Assembly (NCBI RefSeq): GCF_004010195.1
Contig: NW_025215346.1
Span: forward strand, 80,636 to 109,064
Direction of reading: 5' to 3'
Origin: Chiloscyllium plagiosum
Taxonomy: Eukaryota
DNA length: 28,429 bases
Shown: positions 20,136 to 28,429 of the stretch, one piece after another
Layout of the letters: each line of letters opens with the position of its first letter
How positions within the stretch are numbered: the first letter of the stretch is position 1
Position numbers and translations under genes: made by a program
Notes under the pieces: generated by a model
The model's input: the letters and a program-made list of their open reading frames with translations, nothing else
Database searches by the model: none
What the model was told of the DNA's origin: nothing

Positions 20136-20347
20136 GTTGAAAAGCGTGACGCTGGAAAAGCATAGCAGGTCAGGCAGCATCCGAGGAGCAGGAGAGTCGA
20201 CATTTCAGGCCGAGAGTTGACATTTTGGGCTGTTTGCCCGAAACATCGACTCTCCTGCTCCTTAGATGCTGCCTGACCTGCTGTGCATTTCCAGCACCAC
20301 ACTTTTCGACTCTGACTCTCCAGCATCTGCAGTCCTCACTTTCTCCT
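20136..20347. mobile_element. Foldback Penelope-like tail: 75-bp inverted arms (20136-20210 and 20236-20310)
   Basis: About 64 of 75 positions complementary by eye. The centre holds a duplicated GAGAGTTGACATTTTGGGC. Confidence 0.85.
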
Positions 20348-20552
20348 AGTTGCCTTATTCCCATCTAAGTGAGTGTGACATGAGCAGATCAGTTGGAGCT
20401 TAACGATTTCTCAACACTACCCCTATCAGAGCCATGACCCCATGCAACAGGTCATAGCACTAAAGGTCCAGCCTAACAGTGATGGATTTAAACTGATACT
20501 AATGCTGTAAGTTCCTTCGTCTGGAAATCCTTGTTGCACTGAGCAAGAGACG

Positions 20553-21570
20553 TTAATCAGATGGGCCAATGGGCTTAGGAGTGGCAGATGGAGTTTAGAT
20601 AAATGTGAGGTGTTGCATTTTGGAAAGACAAATCAGGGCAGGACTTATACACTTAATGGTAAGGTCCTGGGGAGTGTCGCTGAACAAAGAGACCTTGGAG
20701 TGCAGGTTCACAGTAACTTGAAGGTAGAGTCGCAGCTAGACAGGATACTGAAGAAGGCGTTTGGTATGCTTTCCTTTATTGGACAGAGCATTGAGTATAG
20801 GAGTTGGGAGGTCATGTTGCGCTTGTACAAGACATTGGTTGTGGCCACTTTTGGAATACTTTGTTCAATTTTGGTCTCCCTGCTATAGGGAGGATGTTGA
20901 GAAACTTGAAAAAATTCAGAAAAGATTTACAAGGCTGTTGCCAGGGTTGGAGGGTTTGAGCTATAGAGAGAGGCTGAATAGGCTGGGACTGTTATACCTG
21001 GAGTGTTGGAAGCTGAGGGGTGACCTAATAGAGGCTTATAAATCATGAGGGGCATGGGTAGAGTGCATAGCCAAGGTCTAAAACCAGACGGTATTGGTTT
21101 AAGGTGAGAGAGGAAAGATATAAAAGAGACAGCGTTTTCACGCATTGGGTGATTAGATTACTTACAGTGTGGAAACAGGCCCTTCGGCCCAATAAGTCCA
21201 CACCGTCCCGCCGAAGCGCAACTCACCCATTCCTCTACATTTATTCCCCTACCTAACACTACGGGCAATTTAGCATGGCCAATTCACCTAACCTGCACAT
21301 CTTTGGACTGTGGGAGGAAACCAGAGCACCCGGAGGAAACCCACGCAGACACGGGGAGAATGTGCAAACTCCACACAGTCAGTCGCCTGAGACAGGAATT
21401 GAACCCGGGTCTCTGGCGCTGTGAGGCAGCAGTGCTAACCACTGTGCCACCGTGCCGCCCACATGCGTGTATGGAATGAGCTGCCAGAGGAAGTGGTGGA
21501 GGCTGGTACAAATCAGCCTCAAATCCTGCGAAATGGATTAATTTAGGATATCTGATTGGTATGGACAAGT
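20553..21570 (+). mobile_element. Decayed CR1 3' region split by an HE1 insertion
   Basis: LHFGKTNQGRTYTLNG..., LEYFVQFWSP..., resumes after the SINE as GTATGGAATGAGCTGCC. Confidence 0.9.
21151..21460 (-). mobile_element. Full-length, young HE1-type V-SINE
   Basis: Starts GGGCGGCACGG; A box TGGCACAGTGG (21449-21439), B box GGTTCAATTCC (21405-21395), CpGs retained, TAATCTAATC tail. Confidence 0.95.
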
Positions 21571-21574
21571 AACC

Positions 21575-22192
21575 AAAGAAACAAAACAAAAGAGAAGTAC
21601 AGCACGGGAACAGGCCCTTCGGCCGTCCAAGCCTGTGCCGATCATCATGCCCTAACTAAACTAAAAAACAAACCTTCTGCCTTTATTTAGTCCATATCCC
21701 TCTATTCCATCCTTATTCATGCGAACATCCAGATGCCTCTTAAATGTCACCAATGTGCCTGCTTCCACCACCTCTTCTGGCAATGCATTCCAGGCTCCCA
21801 CCACACTCTGCGTCAAAAACTTCCCTCTCACAAACTTTCCCCCCTCTCACCTTGAACCTGTGCCCCCTGGTAATTGAAACTTCAACCCTGGGAAAAAGCC
21901 TCTGACCATCCACCTTATTTATGCCTGTCATAATTTTGCAGACCTCTATCAGATCCCCTCTCAGCCGCCATCTTTCCAATGAAAATAATCCTCGTCTTTA
22001 TAACCTTTCCTCATAACCAATGCCCTCGAGACCAAGTAACATCCTGGTGAACCTTCCCTGTACTCTCGCCAAAACTTCCACGTTCTTCTAGTAATGTGGT
22101 GAACAAAATTCATACAATAATCAAAATGCAGCCTAGCAAGGGTTTTATATGGCTGCAACATGGTTTGCCAACTTGTGTACTCCAACTTCCTC
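21575..22192 (-). mobile_element. CR1 3' fragment
   Basis: ORFs 21740-21979 and 21961-22185 (RWRLRGDLIEV, TRGHRFKVRG). Confidence 0.9.
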
Positions 22193-22199
22193 AGAACAC

Positions 22200-23497
22200 G
22201 TAGCTAAGAAAGGGCATGAAAAATCTTTGGCGAATAGGATCAAGAATAACCCCAAGGCATTTTATGCGTATGTGAGAAAGATGAGAATGACGAGAACGAG
22301 GGTAGGTCCGATCAAGGACAGTAGTGGGAGACTGTGTATTGAGTCGGAAGAGATAAATGAGGTCTTGAATGAGTACTTTTCTTCAGTATTTACAAATGAG
22401 AGGGACCGTATTGTTGAAGAGGAGAGTGTGAAATGGACTGGTAAGCTAGAGGAGATACTTGTTAGGAAGGAAGATGTGTTGGACGTTTTGAATAACTTGA
22501 GGATAGACAAGTCCCCCGGCCCTGACGGGATATATCCTAGGGAAGCAAGAGAGGAAATTGCAGAACCGTTGGCAGTGACCTTTTCGTCTTCACTGTCAAC
22601 AGGGGTGGTACCAGGGGACTGGAGAGTGACAAATGTTGTGCCCCTGTTCAAAAAAGGGAATAGAGATAACCCCGGGAATTACAGGCCAGTTAGTCTTACT
22701 CCGGTGGTAGGCAAAGTAATGGAAAGGGTACTGAGGGATAGGATTTATGAGTATCTGGAAAAACACTGCTTGATTATGGACAGCCAGCACGGATTTGTGA
22801 AGGGGAGGTCTTGCCTTACACCTCAGTGACTCCCTCGTCAGGTCCACACCCCCCACCAGGTGCCACTCGGGTGGATAGAGCTTGTAAGAAGGCCTATGGT
22901 GTATTATCGTTCATTAGCAGAGGGATTGAATTCTAGAGTCGTGAGGTGATGTTGCAGCTGTACAGGAATTTGGTTAGGCCACAGTTTGAGTACTGTGTGC
23001 AGTTCTGGTCGCCTCACTTTAGGAAAGATGTGGAAGCTTTGGAGAGGGTGCAGAGGAGATTTACCAGGATGTTGCCTGGAATGGAGAATAGGTCGTGCGA
23101 GGATTGGTTGAGCGTGCTAGGCCTTTTCTCATTGGAATGGAGAAGGATGAGGGGTGACTTGATAGAGGTATATAAGATGATCAGGGGAATAGATAGAGTA
23201 GACAATCAGAAACTTTTTCCCCGGGTACAACAGAGTGTTACAAGGGGACATAAATTTAAGGTGAAGGGTGGAAGGTATAGGGGAGATATCAGGGGTAGGT
23301 TCTTTACCCAGAGAGTGGAGGGGGCATGGAATGCACTGCCTGTGGGAGTGGCAGAGTCAGAATCATTGGCGAACTTTAAGTGGGAATTGGATAGGTACAT
23401 GGATGGGTGCTTAAGCTAGGACAAATGTTCGGCACAACACCGTGGGCCGAAGGGCCTGTTCTGTGCTGTATTGTTCTATGTTCTATGTTTCTATGCT
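22200..23497 (+). mobile_element. CR1 with most of the RT deleted
   Basis: NPKAFYAYV...KSPGPDGIYP...GNYRPVSLT...SQHGFVKGRSCLT ends at 22820. It resumes at about 22858 near the C-terminal region. (TTCTATG)n tail. Confidence 0.93.
22821..22858 (+). mobile_element. 38-nt filler resembling Penelope ORF sequence
   Basis: Reads LSDSLVRSTPPT, like the SLRDSLVRS motif expected downstream of PLVLTYHP in Neptune-type PLEs. C-rich like 26401-26633. Confidence 0.5.
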
Positions 23498-23694
23498 GTA
23501 CAGCTCTTTGACTCTAAGAGGCCTCATTATTAGCACAACACCTCAGGAAAATTGGGATCTGTGGTTGCCACTCTTCTTTCTTCTTCCCTGCTTTTATTCA
23601 AGCCTCTCTCGAATCACTTCTCAGCGTTACTAACACACCCATGTTTATTTTCGGCCCTTCTGCTACCAGTGGGGTCGAGTCAAGTTGCCACAAG

Positions 23695-23896
23695 CAGCCT
23701 GTGGGGCTGCTCTTTCACTAGACAGAGACAACCGATGGTGATTTCACCTGAGGCGCACCACACCGCAGGCAAAGGGGAGAGATTGAGAAGGAGAGTCCTT
23801 CATGGTAACCTCAACTGATGATGGGAATTCAACACACACTGTTGGCATCACACTACTTTGCAAACCAACAGTCTAGCCAACCGAGCAAAACCAACA
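23695..23896 (-). mobile_element. tRNA-derived SINE family D (degenerate)
   Basis: Minus strand has TTGCTCGGTTGG (A-box-like) and GTTGAATTCCC (B-box-like) followed by a distinct body. Confidence 0.5.
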
Positions 23897-23944
23897 CTAC
23901 CATCAGTGGGGGGACCTCGAGGATCAGTCTTTAGGTGATCACAG

Positions 23945-25082
23945 TTCACAATAAGACCTGATGTAGATCATTCACCCCATTAAGTCTGCTGCACTGTTTC
24001 ATGATATCATAGTCCGTTTTACCCACCTTTGCCTCATGACCATTCATTCCATTACTGAATAAAAATGTGTCTCTCTCAGCTTTGAATATATTTAGCCACC
24101 ACTACCCTACAGCCCTTTGCAGTGCATGCTTGCCTTTATCAGTCAGACCATTGAATATAGTAGTTGGGAAAGTGTGGCGCTGGAAAAGCATAGCCGGTCA
24201 GGCAGCATCCATGGAGTCAATGTACAATTCTGGTCGCCCTCCTTTAGGAAGAATGATATTAAACTGGAAATGGTGCAGAAAAAGATTGACAAGAATGTTA
24301 ACGAGACTGGAGGGTTTGAGATATAAGGAGAGCCTGGGTAATCTGTAACTTTTCTCACTGGATGGGTAGAAGGCCTAGGGATGACCTTATGAACGTTTAT
24401 AAGTCATGAGGGGCATAGATAAGGTGAAAAGCCAAGGGCTTTTCCCCAAAGTAGGGGAGTCAAAAACTAAAGGGCATAGGTTTGGGGTGAGAGAGGAAAT
24501 ATTCAAAAGGGACCTCAGGGGCAACTTTTGCACACAGAGGGTGGCACGTGTATGGAACGAGCTGCCAGAGGAAATGGTAGAGGCAAATACAGTTACAACA
24601 TTTAAAAGAAATTTGGATAGTTACATGGATAGGAAAGGTTTTGAGGGATATGGGCCAAATGCAAGTTAGTTCCGTTCAGGAAACCTGGCCGACCTAGACG
24701 AGTTGGGCCGAAAGGTCTGTGACTCCAAAAAATTCACTATCCTCAGAGAAAGGAAAAATCCTCCTCATCCCTGTCTTAAATCTCCCTTATTCTGAGATTA
24801 CACTTTCTGGTTCTCGACACAAAGTGAAGTAACCATTCCACATCGACCTTATCAAGTGCTCTAACAATCTTTTATGTTCCAGTGAGGCCGCCTCTCATTC
24901 TTCTATATTCCAATGAATACAGACCCAACCTGCTGAATCTCCCCACACGAGACAATCCCTACATACCCAATATCTGCCTAGTGATCCTTCTCTGGACTGC
25001 CTCCTAAGCCGGTGTATCTTTTCTTACATTGGGAGATCAAAACTGTTCATAGGTGGGGTCTAGCTAGCACCTTGTGTAGCAA
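23945..25082 (-). mobile_element. Old CR1 3' region interrupted by a plus-strand CR1
   Basis: Reverse landmarks on both sides of 24122-24730 (TCTCAGCTTTGAATATATT; CCTCTCATTCTTCTATATTCCAATGAATACAG; CAAAACTG). Confidence 0.7.
24122..24730 (+). mobile_element. CR1 3' fragment with a Penelope-tail piece at 24168-24211
   Basis: MLAFISQTIEYSSWE | AAAGTGTGGCGCTGGAAAAGCATAGCCGGTCAGGCAGCATCC | VQFWSPSFRK...; ORF 24406-24669. Confidence 0.88.
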
Positions 25083-25084
25083 CC

Positions 25085-26045
25085 TATATCAATAGTTTGG
25101 GCGAGAGTATCCATATTTGTTGATTATGCAAAACTAGGTGGGAATGTAAGTTGGAGGAGGATCAAAGAAGGGGACCTGGGCAGCCTGAGTGAATGAACAA
25201 GATCATGGCAGATGGAATATAATGTGTGAACTTATCCACTGTAGTGCAGGAAAAAAACAGAAAGACCAAGTATTTCTTAAATGTCAAGAGGCTGAGAGGT
25301 GTTAATTTCCAAAGGGTCCTTGATGTCCTTTTTCATAAGTCACTAAGGGTATCAGTGATTGTTAATACAAGCCAATGTCATTAGCCTCTAGTGGAAGAGC
25401 AACTCACTACAAAAGTGAAATGTTTTGCTGCAGTTGTCTTGAGCCTTGGTGTGACCTTATCAGAATTATTGTGTACAGATTTGGTCTCCATGTCTAAGGA
25501 GTGATGTACTTACAAGAGAGCAAGTGGAGGAAGAAGGTTACAGGGAGAGTTAAGGATAACTTGTGCTCGCTCTGAGGATACTGGGAATCTGGAACTGTCT
25601 GCCTGAAAGGGTAGAACATAGAACATAGAACATAGAAGAATACAGCGCAGTACAGGCCCTTCGGCCCTCGATGTTGCGCCGATCCAAGCCCACCTAACCT
25701 ACATTAGCCCACTATCCTCCATATGCCTATCCAATGCCCGCTTAAATGCCCATAATGAGGGAGAGTCCACCACTGCTACTGGCAGGGCATTCCATGATCT
25801 CACGACTCGCTGAGTAAAGAACCTACCCCTAACATCTGTCCTATACCTACCCCCCCTTAATTTAAAGCTATGCCCCCTTGGTTGTTGAGTTAGAAACCAT
25901 TTTAAGCTTTAAACAATATTTTGATTCACTTGCATTGCCATAGCTTCCAGGGACATGGAGTCAAGAGCTGGAAAATGGGACTAGTGTGGGGTCAGGTCTT
26001 TACTGAACAGTGCTTAGGCCTCCTTTAGTGTAAATGGCTCTGAGT
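25085..26045 (+). mobile_element. Very degenerate CR1 (RT to 3' end) interrupted by a young CR1 tail
   Basis: Decayed FVDYAKLGG, WQMEYNV, YCVQIWSPCLR and IWNCLPERV landmarks. Confidence 0.7.
25612..25880 (-). mobile_element. Young, severely 5'-truncated CR1 3' end
   Basis: (AGAACAT)n tail, CAGGCCCTTCGGCCC hairpin, retained CpGs. Confidence 0.9.
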
Positions 26046-26633
26046 CAAAGATTCCACATGCTACAACCTCCCATGATGCAGCTGTGTCCATGTCTTCAGG
26101 CAGCATCCTTGCGATCTTCTCTCCCACTCTATGTGACCCTGATTCTAAAAGTATAATAACGTTTAACATGGATAAGTGTGAAGTTATCCATTTTGGTCAG
26201 AGGAATAAAATGAAGAGAAACTTCACATTGCTTCGGTGCAGAGGGATCTGTGTGTTCTTGTGCATGTATGACAGCAAACTAGTATGTAGGTACAGCAGGT
26301 AATAAGGAGGGCAAGTGGAATTTTGGCATTTATTGCTAAAGGGATAGATTATGAAAGCAGGGAAGTATTGTTGCAACTGTACAAAGTGTTAGTGAGACCA
26401 TATTCCCAATTTCATCGCCTCTGCCGCATCTGCTCCCAGGAGGATCAATTCCAATACCGTACAACCCAGATGGCCTCCTTCTTCAAGGACCGTAATTTCC
26501 CCTCAGACGTGGTTGACAATGCCCTCCACCCGCATCTCCTCCACTTCCTGCTCCTCCGCCCTTGAACCCCGCCCCTCCAATCGTCACCAGAACAGAACCC
26601 CACTGGTCCTCACCTACCACCCCACCAACCTCC

Positions 26634-27477
26634 NNNNNNNNNNNNNNNNNNNNNNNNNNNNNNNNNNNNNNNNNNNNNNNNNNNNNNNNNNNNNNNNNNN
26701 NNNNNNNNNNNNNNNNNNNNNNNNNNNNNNNNNNNNNNNNNNNNNNNNNNNNNNNNNNNNNNNNNNNNNNNNNNNNNNNNNNNNNNNNNNNNNNNNNNNN
26801 NNNNNNNNNNNNNNNNNNNNNNNNNNNNNNNNNNNNNNNNNNNNNNNNNNNNNNNNNNNNNNNNNNNNNNNNNNNNNNNNNNNNNNNNNNNNNNNNNNNN
26901 NNNNNNNNNNNNNNNNNNNNNNNNNNNNNNNNNNNNNNNNNNNNNNNNNNNNNNNNNNNNNNNNNNNNNNNNNNNNNNNNNNNNNNNNNNNNNNNNNNNN
27001 NNNNNNNNNNNNNNNNNNNNNNNNNNNNNNNNNNNNNNNNNNNNNNNNNNNNNNNNNNNNNNNNNNNNNNNNNNNNNNNNNNNNNNNNNNNNNNNNNNNN
27101 NNNNNNNNNNNNNNNNNNNNNNNNNNNNNNNNNNNNNNNNNNNNNNNNNNNNNNNNNNNNNNNNNNNNNNNNNNNNNNNNNNNNNNNNNNNNNNNNNNNN
27201 NNNNNNNNNNNNNNNNNNNNNNNNNNNNNNNNNNNNNNNNNNNNNNNNNNNNNNNNNNNNNNNNNNNNNNNNNNNNNNNNNNNNNNNNNNNNNNNNNNNN
27301 NNNNNNNNNNNNNNNNNNNNNNNNNNNNNNNNNNNNNNNNNNNNNNNNNNNNNNNNNNNNNNNNNNNNNNNNNNNNNNNNNNNNNNNNNNNNNNNNNNNN
27401 NNNNNNNNNNNNNNNNNNNNNNNNNNNNNNNNNNNNNNNNNNNNNNNNNNNNNNNNNNNNNNNNNNNNNNNNNNNNN
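26634..27477. other. Assembly gap (844 N)
   Basis: N run. Confidence 1.
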
Positions 27478-27561
27478 TGGGTCTGGGTGGGTTGCGTTTT
27501 GGCGGGTCGATGTGGACTTGTTGGGCCGAAGGGCCTGTTTCCACACTGTAAGTAATCTAAT
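27478..27561 (+). mobile_element. HE1-type SINE 3' end
   Basis: GGGTCTGGGTGGG...TTGGGCCGAAGGGCCTGTTTCCACACTGTAAGTAATCTAAT. Confidence 0.85.
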
Positions 27562-27562
27562 G

Positions 27563-27774
27563 ACTTGGAAACTTTCGAAGCTGGTTGGAGGCAGATGTTC
27601 ACAGGTAAAGGGACAGCTGGAAAATGGGAAGCCTTCAGAAATGTGATAATAAGAGTCCCGAGAAAGTATATTCCTGTTAGGGTGAAAGGGAAGGTTGATA
27701 GGTATAGGGAATGCTGGATGACTAAAGAAATTGAGGGTTTGGTTAAGAAAAAGAAGGAAGCATATGTCAGGTAT
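27563..27774 (+). mobile_element. Internal CR1 fragment (EN-RT linker) without a 3' end
   Basis: Homologous to 13030-13236 (GKWEAFRN...IPVRVKGK...EAYVRY). Confidence 0.85.
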
Positions 27775-27917
27775 CTTCTTCCCGTCCTCTCTGCCTCCAC
27801 CCCTCTCCGGCCTATCACCCTCACCTTAACCTCCTTTCACCTATCGCATTCCCAACGCCCCTCCCCCAAGTCCCTCCTCCCTACCTTTTATCTTAGCCTG
27901 CTTGGCACACCTTCCTC

Positions 27918-27953
27918 ATTCCTGAAGAAGGGCTTATGCCCGAAATGTCGATT
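27918..27953 (+). ncRNA. Minimal type I hammerhead ribozyme motif (CpG transition in helix III)
   Basis: ATTC-CTGAAGA-A-GGGC(TTAT)GCCC-GAAA-T-GTC^GATT; one base differs from 8330-8365. Confidence 0.65.
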
Positions 27954-28429
27954 CTCTTGCTCCTTGGAAGCTGCCTGGCCTGCTGCGCTTTTCCAGCACC
28001 ACATTTTTCAGTTAGTGAGACCACAGCTGGAGAATTGCAGACAGTGTTTGGTCCCCTTACTTGAAGGGGGATGTAGTTATAATGAGAGGCGGCTCACAGA
28101 AGGTTCACTAGATTGATTCCAGAGGTGAGGAGTTTGTTTTATGAAGAGAGATTGAGCAGTTAAGGCCTATACTCCCTTTAGAAGAATGAGAGGAGATCTA
28201 ATTGAGGTATATAAGATGGTAAAAAGGTACTAACAGTGTTGACAGAGAGAGGATGCTTCCTTGTGTGGAACAATCTAGAATGAGAGATCATAGTTTTAAG
28301 ATAAGAGATTGCAGATCTAAAACAGAGATGAGGAGAAATTACTTTTCTCAAAGGATAGTGAATCTGTGGAATTTACTCCCCCAGAGTTTCATGGATGCTG
28401 GGACATTGAGTAAATGTCAGGAGGAGATA

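Larger units (their letters stand above)
26401..28010 (+). mobile_element. Penelope-like (Neptune-type) insertion with 13-bp TSD and nested fragments
   Basis: PYSQFHRLCRICS...FFKDRNFP...PLVLTYHPTNL at 26398-26633; C-rich 3' region and tail at 27774-28010. GTTAGTGAGACCA at 26388-26400 and 28011-28023. Confidence 0.85.
26160..28429 (+). mobile_element. Old CR1 (26160-26400 and 28011-28429) split by a Penelope insertion
   Basis: FNMDKCEVIHFG...VLLQLYKVLVRP | LVRPQLENC...RRMRGDLIEVYK; runs off the window end. Confidence 0.88.

Noticed and set aside
21395..21460. tRNA genes at SINE heads
   Set aside because: A and B boxes continue into SINE bodies, and no complete cloverleaf is evident.
21575..23497. 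Head-to-head CR1 pieces as a twin-priming inversion
   Set aside because: Each has its own 3' tail and their overlapping regions differ in sequence, so they are two insertions.
26323..26565. In-frame CR1-Penelope fusion ORF as a novel chimeric gene
   Set aside because: Explained by insertion at the TSD. It frameshifts near 26528 and has no promoter or splice evidence.
26483..27824. Longest ORFs in the track (310-404 aa)
   Set aside because: They span the 844-N gap.

Overview
Vertebrate, repeat-dense, non-coding DNA (intronic or intergenic), almost certainly from a shark or other cartilaginous fish: it carries many HE1-type V-SINEs with CR1/HER1-type LINEs. Nearly every long ORF in the track is a decayed CR1 ORF2 fragment, a Penelope-like element (PLE) fragment or an artefact of three N gaps, and no host gene can be supported. 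The window is a nested stack of CR1 LINEs, several tRNA-derived SINE families, PLE fragments (GIY-YIG endonuclease, RT C-terminal region, pLTR tails), Harbinger- and hAT-like DNA transposon fossils and a possible solo LTR. The most interesting signal is a set of minimal type I hammerhead ribozyme motifs (CUGAnGA...GAAA...UH with a loopless palindromic helix III) in the PLE tails. They come in two variants (ACGU and AGCU) and include an inverted pair forming an 83-bp foldback and a second foldback whose breakpoint lies in helix II. A compact ETS/IRF/NF-kB-like/STAT/E-box motif cluster at 2213-2371 is a candidate immune enhancer. All family names come from recognising motifs by eye; no database search was run.
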